A DNA stretch of 24,000 bases from an uncultured Mollicutes bacterium (GCA_947174785.1 CAMWKG010000030.1:1-24000); one strand, 5' to 3'; positions 1 to 8,164 are shown, counted from the stretch's first letter. Notes: a model not told the origin generated them from the sequence alone. Numbers and translations: made by a program.

Positions 1-2
1 AA

Positions 3-1664
3 TCCTATGCAGATAGAATTATCGTTTTAGATAAAGGTTTTCTTCTTTCTGATACGAATGATAATAAAAGCATTGAAGAAACCACAGAACAAAATTATGT
101 GCTAGCTTCTAAGCTTAGTCATCTTTCCTTTAAATTCATAATATCTTCTATCTTAAAAAATATTAAATCTAAATTTTCTTATTTTTTATTTAGCACATTA
201 ACACTAGTTCTATCTTTATCCTTAGTAGGTGTTTCTATGACTTTAGAAAGCTTTAATAAAAATGAAGTTCTCTTACAGTCCTTGCAGAATAATAAAGAAG
301 AATTTCTTTCTTTAAAGGCAGAGGATAGAGACATCGAGGGATTCAAAAATAAATTAACTGATTCAGTTAAAGAAAAATTTCCTAACCAAATCATAGAAAT
401 AAAATCAAATAATACTTCATGTGAAACTTACTTCTATATGTCCGCTAGATTTCACTCGCAAAGTACATACGATAATTATTTACTAGCAACGGGTTATTAT
501 TCTGGTTTTGTTGAATTATCAAAGGAGAATAAGAATCTTTTAAATTATAAGCTAATTTATGGTTCTTATCCAAAAGCTGATAATGAAATTATGATTACAG
601 AATATATGTTTAGATCCTATCAAGCTTTAGGATATAGCTTTGAAGAAGTAACGAAAGAGATTCATTCCTTTGAAGATCTTGCAAACATTCCATTTTATAT
701 AGATAATACTGCATATAAAATTGTGGGAATCCTTGATACAAGATTTAATTATGATTATTACGTTATGCTAAAAAATAAAGAAGGAAACAGTACTTTGTAC
801 GATGAGATTAGCATATTAAATGATGGCATTCACACTACAATCTTTGTTCCAGAAAACTTTTTTGATGCGTATTCTCTTTCTTCCATTTCGTATACACTTA
901 ATCAAAATAAATCTGTATCTAATCAAAGCATTCAAATAAAAAAGGATTTAAAAGAGTATGAGGTTATTTGTCCTACAAAGCTTTTAGGTTCTTGTACTAT
1001 AAGCTTTGAGAATAATTTTAGCAAAGATATAAATATTATTGAAAACTGTTCAGAAAATATAATTTATGTTTCTGAGGCTTTTTACCACGAATTAGAAAAG
1101 GAACTGAATATAAACTTTAGTACGCATATCCTTTTGCAGCTATCTAAAGATATGAAAAATAATTTAAATAAAATACAAATGCTGCAGGAAATGAACTTAA
1201 GGGTTGAAAATCAATATACAATTATGCTAGATTCAATCTCTGAAACATATACGTTTATTGCAACACTATTAAAATATATATCTATTTTCTTATTGGCTTT
1301 TAGCATTATACTTGCATGGAAATTTAGTTTTGATTCTATTCACGACAAGAGAAAAGAAATAGCAATTTACAAATCATTGGGTGTAGGGTATAGAGATATC
1401 TCTATTATGTTTTATCTACAATCTATTTTTATAGGTTTGATTTCAACACTTATTGCTATTCCTCTTGCTGTTTTATTTACCTATGTAGTAAATTACATTA
1501 TTCAAGAAATCTTTTTGGTTGGGCTTGCTTTACCCGTACTATCTATAAATACATTCGTTTTCCTTATTCTATTCCCAATAGCCTTTCTTACCATAACAGA
1601 AATTTATCCACTCTATAAGTTCAACAATAAATTAAATCCAATTCAAGTATTACGCTCAAAATAA
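3..1664 (+). CDS. Fused ABC transporter ATP-binding / FtsX-family permease protein (5' end lies outside the window)
   Basis: The frame of the 99..1664 ORF stays open back to base 3 with no stop. The extra residues read SYADRIIVLDKGFLL, a typical C-terminal end of an ABC ATPase domain. Downstream come one TM helix (FSYFLFSTLTLVLSLSLVGV), about 330 aa of extracytoplasmic region and three C-terminal TM helices, giving a MacB/FtsX 4-TM topology. Confidence 0.7.
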   Translation, partial: SYADRIIVLDKGFLLSDTNDNKSIEETTEQNYVLASKLSHLSFKFIISSILKNIKSKFSYFLFSTLTLVLSLSLVGVSMTLESFNKNEVLLQSLQNNKEEFLSLKAEDRDIEGFKNKLTDSVKEKFPNQIIEIKSNNTSCETYFYMSARFHSQSTYDNYLLATGYYSGFVELSKENKNLLNYKLIYGSYPKADNEIMITEYMFRSYQALGYSFEEVTKEIHSFEDLANIPFYIDNTAYKIVGILDTRFNYDYYVMLKNKEGNSTLYDEISILNDGIHTTIFVPENFFDAYSLSSISYTLNQNKSVSNQSIQIKKDLKEYEVICPTKLLGSCTISFENNFSKDINIIENCSENIIYVSEAFYHELEKELNINFSTHILLQLSKDMKNNLNKIQMLQEMNLRVENQYTIMLDSISETYTFIATLLKYISIFLLAFSIILAWKFSFDSIHDKRKEIAIYKSLGVGYRDISIMFYLQSIFIGLISTLIAIPLAVLFTYVVNYIIQEIFLVGLALPVLSINTFVFLILFPIAFLTITEIYPLYKFNNKLNPIQVLRSK

Positions 1665-1668
1665 TGCT

Positions 1669-4254
1669 TTATCGTTTATCATCATTTTTAAATAGCTCTG
1701 AATAAACACAGATTAATAAGGATAGACCTAAACAAATAACTAGATTTGTTGGACTTAATGGAGTAAATTTAAAAAGAGTATTTACGCCTGGACAATATAC
1801 CACAACAAATTGTAAAACAAGACCAATAAAAATTGCAAAATTCAAGAAATGATTTTTATAGCTTTCAATAGAAAATAAAGAATGCTTTGATTTTACATTG
1901 TAAGCATGAAGCAATTGAGATGTAGATAGAGTAAAGAATGCCATGGTTTGACCAAGCATATGAGAATGTTCAAGGAAATGACCAATGGCATATGCAGCAG
2001 TAGCGCATATACCTATGATAAGACCTTCAATAAAAATTTGTATAGACATATGATGGGCAAAAAAACCTTCTTTTTTGGCTCTTGGTTGTTCTTCCATAAT
2101 GCTATCCTCTACTTCTTCCATTCCTATACCAAAGGCAGGCAATGAATCAGTAATCAAATTGATCCACAATAAATGAATTGGTAAAAGCGGAACTCCCATA
2201 GAAATGTTAGTTAATGCAGAAAGCAATGATGCAAAAAATATAACAAATACTTCACCTATGTTAGATGACAGCAAATACTTTACGCACTTTTTTATATTAT
2301 CATAAATACCTCTTCCCTGTTTTACAGCAGAAACAATAGTGCTAAAATTATCATCAACTAGAATCATATCTGCAGCTTCCTTAGAAACATCTGTTCCTGT
2401 AATCCCCATTGCACAACCGATATCAGCTTTTTTCAAAGCAGGTGCATCATTAACACCATCCCCTGTCATCGCTACGATGGCATCTTTTTTTTGCCACGCT
2501 TCTACAATACGAACCTTATCCTTAGGAGCAACTCTTGCAAAGACACTATATTCTTCTATGGTGTCTTTTAATTTCTCATCACTTATTTTATCTAGTTCTG
2601 TTGCAGTAATAGCTTTATGCTTTTCATCTAATATGCCTAATTCTTTAGCAATTGCAGTTGCGGTGGTAATATGATCTCCTGTAACCATAACCGTGCGAAT
2701 GCCTGCAGTGCTTGCAATCTTTATTGCTTCCTTTACCTCTGGCCTTGCTGGATCCATCATACCGACCAAGCCTAAGAATTCTATTTTCTTTTCTAGCATA
2801 GATTCACTAGGCTTTGAAGAAAACCTTTGTACGCCTAAGGCTAAAACACGAAGAGCATCCTTAGCTAAATATTCATTGGCTCTTTTCGCTTTATTCTTTT
2901 CTTCTAAAAAATTTGTAGAGTGTTCAATAATCACATCAAATGCACCCTTGGTTATTGCCAGATAGCTTCCATTTTTCTTGATAACTGTTGTCATCATTTT
3001 GCGGTCACTATCAAAGGGAAGTTCAAATACTTTATTTATATTATCTAATGGATTCCCATAGGTATGATTTGCTTCTAATAATGCTATTTCAGTAGGATCT
3101 CCAATTGCTCCATTTTTTTCGAGTGTTGCATCACAACAAATTGCAAAGTATTCCAAAAGATCTTTTTCTTTTTTGTTTAAATATTTCAAGCTCTTTATTT
3201 CATCACAATACAACTTCTGAACAATCATTTTATTCTGAGTAAGTGTTCCTGTTTTATCAGAACAAATCACACTGCAAGAGCCTAATGTTTCTACAGCAGG
3301 CAGTCTTTTCACGATGGCATTTCTTTTGCTCATCTTCCCCACACCAATAGCTAGAACGATAGTTACTACAGTAGCTAGCCCTTCTGGTATTGCAGCCACC
3401 GCTAAAGCAATTGCTGTTTTAAAACAATCTACCCATACTTTAGATAAAATAGAGCCATTTTTCCATTCAGCAATCATTTCTAAAATAAAAACAAGTGCAC
3501 AGATGATTAGGGCCATAATTCCTATAACCTTACCAACTGAGGAAAGCTTATGCTGAAGTGGTGTAGTGGCATCTATCTGTTCATTTAACATGCCTGCAAT
3601 CTTTCCCATTTCCGTATTCATTCCAACTTGAGTAACTAAAACCTTAGCTTTACCACTTGTAATATATGTAGAGGAAAATACACAGTTTTTTTGATCTCCT
3701 AAGGATATCGCCTCATTTTGAAGAGAGCCTTCACTTTTATGTACGGGCAAGGATTCACCAGTCAAGGCAGATTCATCGACAGCTAAGCTGTAGCTTTCAA
3801 TAATTCTTGCATCAGCAGAAATATGGTCTCCCGCTTCTATGAGCATAATATCTCCAACAACAAGCTCTTCGGAAGGAATTTCAATTGTATGCCCATCACG
3901 GATGACCTTGCTTGTAGGAGAGGACATTTTCTTTAATGCCTCTAAGCTACGCTCCGCTTTTGTCTCTTGAACAACACCCAAAATAGAATTGAAAAAGACC
4001 ACCACTAAAATGATGATACTGTCAACATATTCATTTGGATCTAAAATAACAGAAATAATGGCAGAAGCCATAAGAATTAAAATTAAGCTATCCTTAAAGC
4101 TTTTTAAGAACTTCACAAATATATTGGTTTTTTTCTTTTCTTTAATCTTATTTTCACCATAAGATTTTCGATTCTTCGTAACACTGATTGTATTTAATCC
4201 ATTAGAAATACTCGTTCCATATTCTTTTACTAATTCATCTATCTGTTTTTGCAT
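1669..4254 (-). CDS. P-type (type IIA-like) Ca2+-transporting ATPase
   Basis: 861 aa with hallmark motifs: TGES (LTGESLPV), the phosphorylation site CSDKTGTLT, PEGL (AAIPEGLATV) and the hinge MTGDGVNDAPALKKADIG, plus about 10 TM helices. An AGGAGG RBS (4259-4264, complement) lies 4 nt upstream of the ATG. Confidence 0.93.
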   Translation of the reverse strand: MQKQIDELVKEYGTSISNGLNTISVTKNRKSYGENKIKEKKKTNIFVKFLKSFKDSLILILMASAIISVILDPNEYVDSIIILVVVFFNSILGVVQETKAERSLEALKKMSSPTSKVIRDGHTIEIPSEELVVGDIMLIEAGDHISADARIIESYSLAVDESALTGESLPVHKSEGSLQNEAISLGDQKNCVFSSTYITSGKAKVLVTQVGMNTEMGKIAGMLNEQIDATTPLQHKLSSVGKVIGIMALIICALVFILEMIAEWKNGSILSKVWVDCFKTAIALAVAAIPEGLATVVTIVLAIGVGKMSKRNAIVKRLPAVETLGSCSVICSDKTGTLTQNKMIVQKLYCDEIKSLKYLNKKEKDLLEYFAICCDATLEKNGAIGDPTEIALLEANHTYGNPLDNINKVFELPFDSDRKMMTTVIKKNGSYLAITKGAFDVIIEHSTNFLEEKNKAKRANEYLAKDALRVLALGVQRFSSKPSESMLEKKIEFLGLVGMMDPARPEVKEAIKIASTAGIRTVMVTGDHITTATAIAKELGILDEKHKAITATELDKISDEKLKDTIEEYSVFARVAPKDKVRIVEAWQKKDAIVAMTGDGVNDAPALKKADIGCAMGITGTDVSKEAADMILVDDNFSTIVSAVKQGRGIYDNIKKCVKYLLSSNIGEVFVIFFASLLSALTNISMGVPLLPIHLLWINLITDSLPAFGIGMEEVEDSIMEEQPRAKKEGFFAHHMSIQIFIEGLIIGICATAAYAIGHFLEHSHMLGQTMAFFTLSTSQLLHAYNVKSKHSLFSIESYKNHFLNFAIFIGLVLQFVVVYCPGVNTLFKFTPLSPTNLVICLGLSLLICVYSELFKNDDKR

Positions 4255-4269
4255 AGTTCCTCCTTTAAG

Positions 4270-4305
4270 AAAAAAAGCCCTTATTCAAACCACCTTGAAT
4301 AGGGC
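4270..4305 (-). terminator. Rho-independent terminator downstream of glmS
   Basis: On the minus strand GCCCTATTCAA / loop GGTGGT / TTGAATAAGGGC (one bulged A) is followed by TTTTTTT (plus-strand A-run 4270-4276). It lies 51 nt after the glmS stop. The T-tract ends 3 nt before the ATPase RBS. Confidence 0.75.
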
Positions 4306-4356
4306 ATTCCTATTACTATTATATTTTATAAAAATATCCTTTGTTTTAGAACATTT

Positions 4357-6132
4357 TTATTCAACCGTTACACTCTTCGCAAGATTTTTTGGCTTATCCA
4401 CATCATTTTCTTTTAACACTGCCGCATAATAAGCAATCAGCTGAACCACTAATACACTGACTAAAGGAGATAAATAATGAGCGACATTCGGTATTATAAT
4501 ATCATCACTAGGTGTAGATAAGCTCTTAGAAGCAATGACATAGGTTTTGGCTCCACGAGATGCAGTTTCTTCTAGATTACTTCTCGTGATGCGATTTGTC
4601 CCTTCCTGAGTTATGATTGCAATCACAGGTGTATTTTTAGTAATTAAGGCAATAGGCCCATGCTTAAGCTCGCCCGAAGAAAATGCTTCTGTATGAATAT
4701 AAGCAATTTCCTTAAGCTTTAAAGAAGCCTCTAACGCAGTCCAGTAATCTATACCTCTACCAATATAAAATAAGTCCTCTTGATCTATGATAGCTTTTGC
4801 GATACCCTTGCATACCTCTTTGTTCTCAAGCACCTTTTCCATTGCTAAACTTACAGCCTTTAAATTATTCTTTAAATTTGTTTTTGTCTTACTTACCGCT
4901 CTTGCAAGAATTGCTGAAGTAACAAGCATGGCAGTATAAGCCTTTGTAGATGCAACTGCAATTTCCTTTCCTGCATAAATATTTAAATAATAATCGGACA
5001 ATCTTACCATACTGGATTCAATCGTATTTGTAATGGTAAGAATGAGATGCTTTTGTCTCTTTACCTTTTTCATAACTGCAATTAAATCCGCTGTTTCTCC
5101 ACTTTGAGAAAAAAAGATAAAGAATGGTCGTTTCGATATTAAAGGTGTTGAATATACAAGCTCTGAAGCACAAAACACCTCACAAGGTATGCCACAAAGC
5201 TTTTCAAAATAGTATTTCGCAAAATACGAAGCAAACATTGAAGACCCACAGGCTACAAAGTTAATTTTATCGCTTTGCCTAATCTGATGTATTAGCTTTG
5301 GAGAAATGTTTACTTCTTCTCCAGAAAAATAATGATGTATTAAATTCCGAATCATCATCGGCTGTTCATAAATCTCCTTTAGCATAAAATGCTCATAGGT
5401 TTGTTTATCAATTTCTTCTTTTTGAATAGCAATTTTTTGAAATTTGTTCTCAATAGATAATCCTATCATATCCTGTAAATAAATATCCTCAGAATCAATG
5501 ATTCCAAATGTTTTATCTTCTAATGGCATATATTCTTCTGCATAATCCATTAAACCTGTAATGTCTGAAGAAAAGGAAATACCTTCTTTTCCTTTTCCAA
5601 CTAGAAGTGGACTTTTATCCTTCATACAATAAATATGGTTTGGATGTTCTTTATCTATAACTAAGCATGCATAAGAGCCTTCTATCAAGCTCATTGTTTT
5701 ACGTATGGCCTCTTCTACACTTAAAGTAGTGGAAAAATATTCGATTAAATCTGCAATGATTTCTGTGTCTGTATCACTCGAAAATCTAAAGTTTGCCAGA
5801 TATTCAAATTTCAACTTTTGATAATTTTCTACAATTCCATTATGAACGATGACAAACCGTCCATTCATAGAACAGTGAGGATGTGCATTTCTTTTATTTG
5901 GTTCTCCATGTGTAGCCCACCGTGTATGTCCAATAGCTAAGCAAGAATCAACATCCATAATGCATTTCTTTAAATCAAATACTCTGCCTTTTTCTTTACA
6001 AATCTTTATGTCATTATCTATTTTATATGCAACACCTGCTGAATCGTATCCCCGATATTCTAGTTTTGTAAGTCCCTCTATTACCGCCTCTAAAGCATTA
6101 AACTTGCCAATATACCCAACAATTCCACACAT
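4357..6132 (-). CDS. glmS: Glutamine--fructose-6-phosphate aminotransferase (isomerizing)
   Basis: The N-terminal MCGIVGY (catalytic Cys2 of class II amidotransferases) sets the start at the internal ATG 6132, preceded by the GGGAGAGG RBS, rather than the ORF-track start 6147. Two SIS domains are present and the C-terminus is the canonical KSVTVE. Confidence 0.95.
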   Translation of the reverse strand: MCGIVGYIGKFNALEAVIEGLTKLEYRGYDSAGVAYKIDNDIKICKEKGRVFDLKKCIMDVDSCLAIGHTRWATHGEPNKRNAHPHCSMNGRFVIVHNGIVENYQKLKFEYLANFRFSSDTDTEIIADLIEYFSTTLSVEEAIRKTMSLIEGSYACLVIDKEHPNHIYCMKDKSPLLVGKGKEGISFSSDITGLMDYAEEYMPLEDKTFGIIDSEDIYLQDMIGLSIENKFQKIAIQKEEIDKQTYEHFMLKEIYEQPMMIRNLIHHYFSGEEVNISPKLIHQIRQSDKINFVACGSSMFASYFAKYYFEKLCGIPCEVFCASELVYSTPLISKRPFFIFFSQSGETADLIAVMKKVKRQKHLILTITNTIESSMVRLSDYYLNIYAGKEIAVASTKAYTAMLVTSAILARAVSKTKTNLKNNLKAVSLAMEKVLENKEVCKGIAKAIIDQEDLFYIGRGIDYWTALEASLKLKEIAYIHTEAFSSGELKHGPIALITKNTPVIAIITQEGTNRITRSNLEETASRGAKTYVIASKSLSTPSDDIIIPNVAHYLSPLVSVLVVQLIAYYAAVLKENDVDKPKNLAKSVTVE

Positions 6133-6289
6133 TTTTACCTCTCCCATAAACCAATAGTACTTTAATACTTATTATTTTAAACTAAGTATTATGCCTATTT
6201 TAATATATGAAAGAATGCTATATTTTGAGACAGATATAGTAACTCTCTTTATAAAACAAAAAGTTCACTTTATAATTATTCTGCATTTA

Positions 6290-6317
6290 TTGACTTTTTT
6301 TGTGTTTGTGATAAAAT
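6290..6317 (+). promoter_or_regulatory. SigA-type promoter with extended -10 (TTGACT - 16 nt - TGaTAAAAT)
   Basis: TTGACT lies at 6290-6295, TG at 6309-6310 and TAAAAT at 6312-6317. It points away from glmS toward the structured region at 6330-6425. Confidence 0.5.
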
Positions 6318-6323
6318 ATAATT

Positions 6324-6433
6324 AATAAAGAATTAGACATTAGGTAGTGATATGTCCAACTACGCCTTTCGCCTTGCATTAGCAGGGAGGGAAACTCCAG
6401 AATGGACTCTGGAAATGTCTAATTCTTTTTTTT
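6324..6433 (+). ncRNA. Candidate structured small RNA (family not recognised)
   Basis: It lies between the promoter above and a T-tract (6426-6433, continuing to 6440). A perfect 12-bp closing stem GAATTAGACATT (6330-6341) / AATGTCTAATTC (6414-6425), extendable to 15 bp, encloses three short hairpins: GTAGT/ACTAC at 6344-6363, CCTTGC/GCAGGG at 6372-6387 and TCCAGA/TCTGGA at 6396-6413. There is no plausible ORF on this strand. The 5' end is inferred from the promoter, not observed. Confidence 0.4.
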
Positions 6434-6811
6434 ATTTTTTATTGTCATATATCTTGCTGAAATAATAGATGTTTTTTTTAAAACATTACTAGAAAACTTT
6501 ACAGTGATATATAAATAGGAATGTTCATCCAATATCTTAATAAGATTTCTAGTATCATTGTAGGTTTTATCTAATTTTATAAAATCGGGATTGTTTACAT
6601 AATCCATAAGATATGGAATATACTGTTTCATTTCAGGATGTCTTTTTAGAATATGATTTTCACGTTCTTTAGTCAGCACAATGATAGGATTATAACTTTT
6701 TATTTCTTTAGAATAATCATATGCTATCTTACCAACATATGCAAATTTATCTTTTATTGCTTTTTCAGAATTTTTAGTACTCCCCAATTTACTCTTAGAC
6801 TCCTTATACAA
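6419..6811 (-). CDS. Small hypothetical protein with a possible Barnase/EndoU/ColicinE5-D/RelE-like (PBECR-type) nuclease fold
   Basis: 130-aa ORF. The segment IIVLTKERENHILKRHPEMKQYIPYLMDYVNNPDFI resembles, from memory, the HxxxH-containing N-terminal core of phage/plasmid PBECR nuclease domains. The start is uncertain: the ORF-track start is TTG (6811) without an RBS, and an AAGGAG lies 12 nt upstream of a second in-frame TTG (codon 9). Confidence 0.45.
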   Translation of the reverse strand: MYKESKSKLGSTKNSEKAIKDKFAYVGKIAYDYSKEIKSYNPIIVLTKERENHILKRHPEMKQYIPYLMDYVNNPDFIKLDKTYNDTRNLIKILDEHSYLYITVKFSSNVLKKTSIISARYMTIKNKKKN

Positions 6812-6824
6812 AAATGCTATCTTT

Positions 6825-6833
6825 ATTATATCA
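6825..6833 (-). promoter_or_regulatory. Extended -10 element (TGaTATAAT) upstream of the 130-aa ORF
   Basis: The minus strand reads AACAATGATATAATAAAG. No good -35 is present, which is tolerated by extended -10 promoters. Confidence 0.35.
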
Positions 6834-6977
6834 TTGTTATACTATAAATTCTATAAAACAACTAATTGATAAAAAAGAATTTCAAAGTTTATTTTACATA
6901 CATCATCCCTTTATTTTTATCAATTGATACCACTTTTTTATTATTTATTTTCTTATAAATACAAATCTAAATAAATT

Positions 6978-7002
6978 AAAAAAGGAACTTATGCTAGTTC
7001 CT
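6978..7002 (-). terminator. Rho-independent terminator overlapping the stop codon of the 220-aa gene
   Basis: The minus strand reads AGGAACT / AGCATA / AGTTCCT followed by TTTTTT (plus-strand A-run 6978-6983). It ends the unit containing the 169-aa and 220-aa genes, and possibly the whole four-gene unit. Confidence 0.65.
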
Positions 7003-7651
7003 CTTTTTCGGTTTCTAAAGCTGTTAATTTTAAATCGTCTTTCATCGTTTCGTATAGTTCACTAAAGTCTTCTGTAGGCTCAATGTAATTAGGACACGTG
7101 ATTTTATGTTCCTCAACATATAAACCACTATAATATACATTATTCCCTTGAAGATTAAAATCAGGTAGTTTTCTTAAAGTATCCTCATCATAATCATAAA
7201 AAATTTCAAAGCCTATAAACTTCTTACATTTTTCTAAAGATCTATTCGGAGAAGATTTGTTTTCTTTTTCTTCTTCTTGGTTGAAATATTTTTCACAGTT
7301 GCGAACTAAAACAATTTTAAATGCATTAGTGCCATCCACCTTAAGATAACTCACACCGTATGGAGTTACTCTTGGCTTATAGCCCTTCTTTTTTAAATTT
7401 TCATCCATATCCAGAGTTGGATACTGATAAGACATCGTTGGATAGTTTTTAGGCTTTGGTTTATAGCGAAAGCTTTTTACAGAAGCCATTTGAATTGCGA
7501 TAGTCATATAAATAAATACTATTGCAATTAATACAATAAATACCTGTGTCCAAGCACCCTTAGTTTGCGTTACTCCAATAATTAATCCAATCGCTATCAA
7601 AAAGCTAACTGCTACACTAATCCATATATATCTAGCCTTTATATTTTTCAT
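6989..7651 (-). CDS. Hypothetical membrane-anchored protein (2 N-terminal TM helices); paralog of the upstream 169-aa protein
   Basis: 220 aa. TM helices are YIWISVAVSFLIAIGLIIGV and WTQVFIVLIAIVFIYMTIAIQMA. Residues about 106-205 align collinearly by eye with residues about 55-155 of the 7655..8164 product. Its start lies 3 nt after the upstream stop. Confidence 0.7.
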   Translation of the reverse strand: MKNIKARYIWISVAVSFLIAIGLIIGVTQTKGAWTQVFIVLIAIVFIYMTIAIQMASVKSFRYKPKPKNYPTMSYQYPTLDMDENLKKKGYKPRVTPYGVSYLKVDGTNAFKIVLVRNCEKYFNQEEEKENKSSPNRSLEKCKKFIGFEIFYDYDEDTLRKLPDFNLQGNNVYYSGLYVEEHKITCPNYIEPTEDFSELYETMKDDLKLTALETEKEELA

Positions 7652-7654
7652 AGA

Positions 7655-8164
7655 TTACCTCATTTCTATATCAATTGCACCTAAATCAAATACTATAGCT
7701 TCTACATAATGTGCATATAAAGAATAGAAGCTAGGAACAGGACGATAGTATTTTAAACGAATCTTTTGTGCATCATATACAAAGGTTTGATTAAATTCTT
7801 TCTTTGTATTCACAACAGACTCCTTAGCAATCCTTACGGTTTCTTCATTATTATTTTTAAACACAATCAAATGAATAACTGCTTTGTGCTCTTCTGTTAT
7901 AATCGCATCAATTTTATCCTTTAAAGCTTCATAATTATATTGTTCCTTTACGAAGTCTTTTTCGTTATCAACAAAAGTAAATACAAAAAGAGTAGACTTA
8001 TAAAGTCTTGTAAAAACTCTAACAAATTCATTTCTTATAACCAATTCATCTTTTGCATACGTCATATTAGACTCAAAATAATGATAGGGTTTAATCTCAT
8101 AATATCCTAAACAATCTAGGACTTCCTTTGGTTTTTTCTTAAAAAAATTGAACATAGCCATCAC
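7655..8164 (-). CDS. Hypothetical soluble protein; paralog of the downstream 220-aa protein
   Basis: 169-aa ORF with no TM segment and no motif I recognise. Possible starts are GTG 8164, ATG 8161 and ATG 8155. The last has the best spacing (8 nt) from an AAGAG Shine-Dalgarno-like element. Confidence 0.65.
   Translation of the reverse strand: MMAMFNFFKKKPKEVLDCLGYYEIKPYHYFESNMTYAKDELVIRNEFVRVFTRLYKSTLFVFTFVDNEKDFVKEQYNYEALKDKIDAIITEEHKAVIHLIVFKNNNEETVRIAKESVVNTKKEFNQTFVYDAQKIRLKYYRPVPSFYSLYAHYVEAIVFDLGAIDIEMR

Noticed and set aside
6133-6425. Expected glmS ribozyme in the glmS 5' leader (minus strand)
   Set aside because: Reading the minus strand upstream of ATG 6132, I could not find the conserved ribozyme core as I remember it (AGCGCC cleavage site, GACGAGG, CGGCGGAUGCC). 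Region 6148-6330 is almost pure A/T. The only structured segment (6330-6425) has its promoter and T-tract on the opposite strand. An Infernal search with Rfam RF00234 would be decisive, and a significant minus-strand hit would overturn this.
6324-6433. Assigning the small RNA candidate to SRP (4.5S) RNA or a tRNA
   Set aside because: It contains AGCAG and a GGAAA loop. However, the AGCA element lies 5' of the loop, whereas in SRP domain IV it lies on the 3' side, and no GGUCC/GGAAGCAGCC arrangement exists on either strand. There is no T-loop (GTTCRA) or cloverleaf for a tRNA.
6864-6929. Inverted 12-mers AATTGATAAAAA (6864-6875) / TTTTTATCAATT (6914-6925) and the palindrome TATCAATTGATA (6918-6929)
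   Set aside because: They could be operator sites upstream of the nuclease-like ORF. The region is extremely AT-rich, where such matches arise by chance, and no cognate DNA-binding protein is encoded nearby. Noted but not called.
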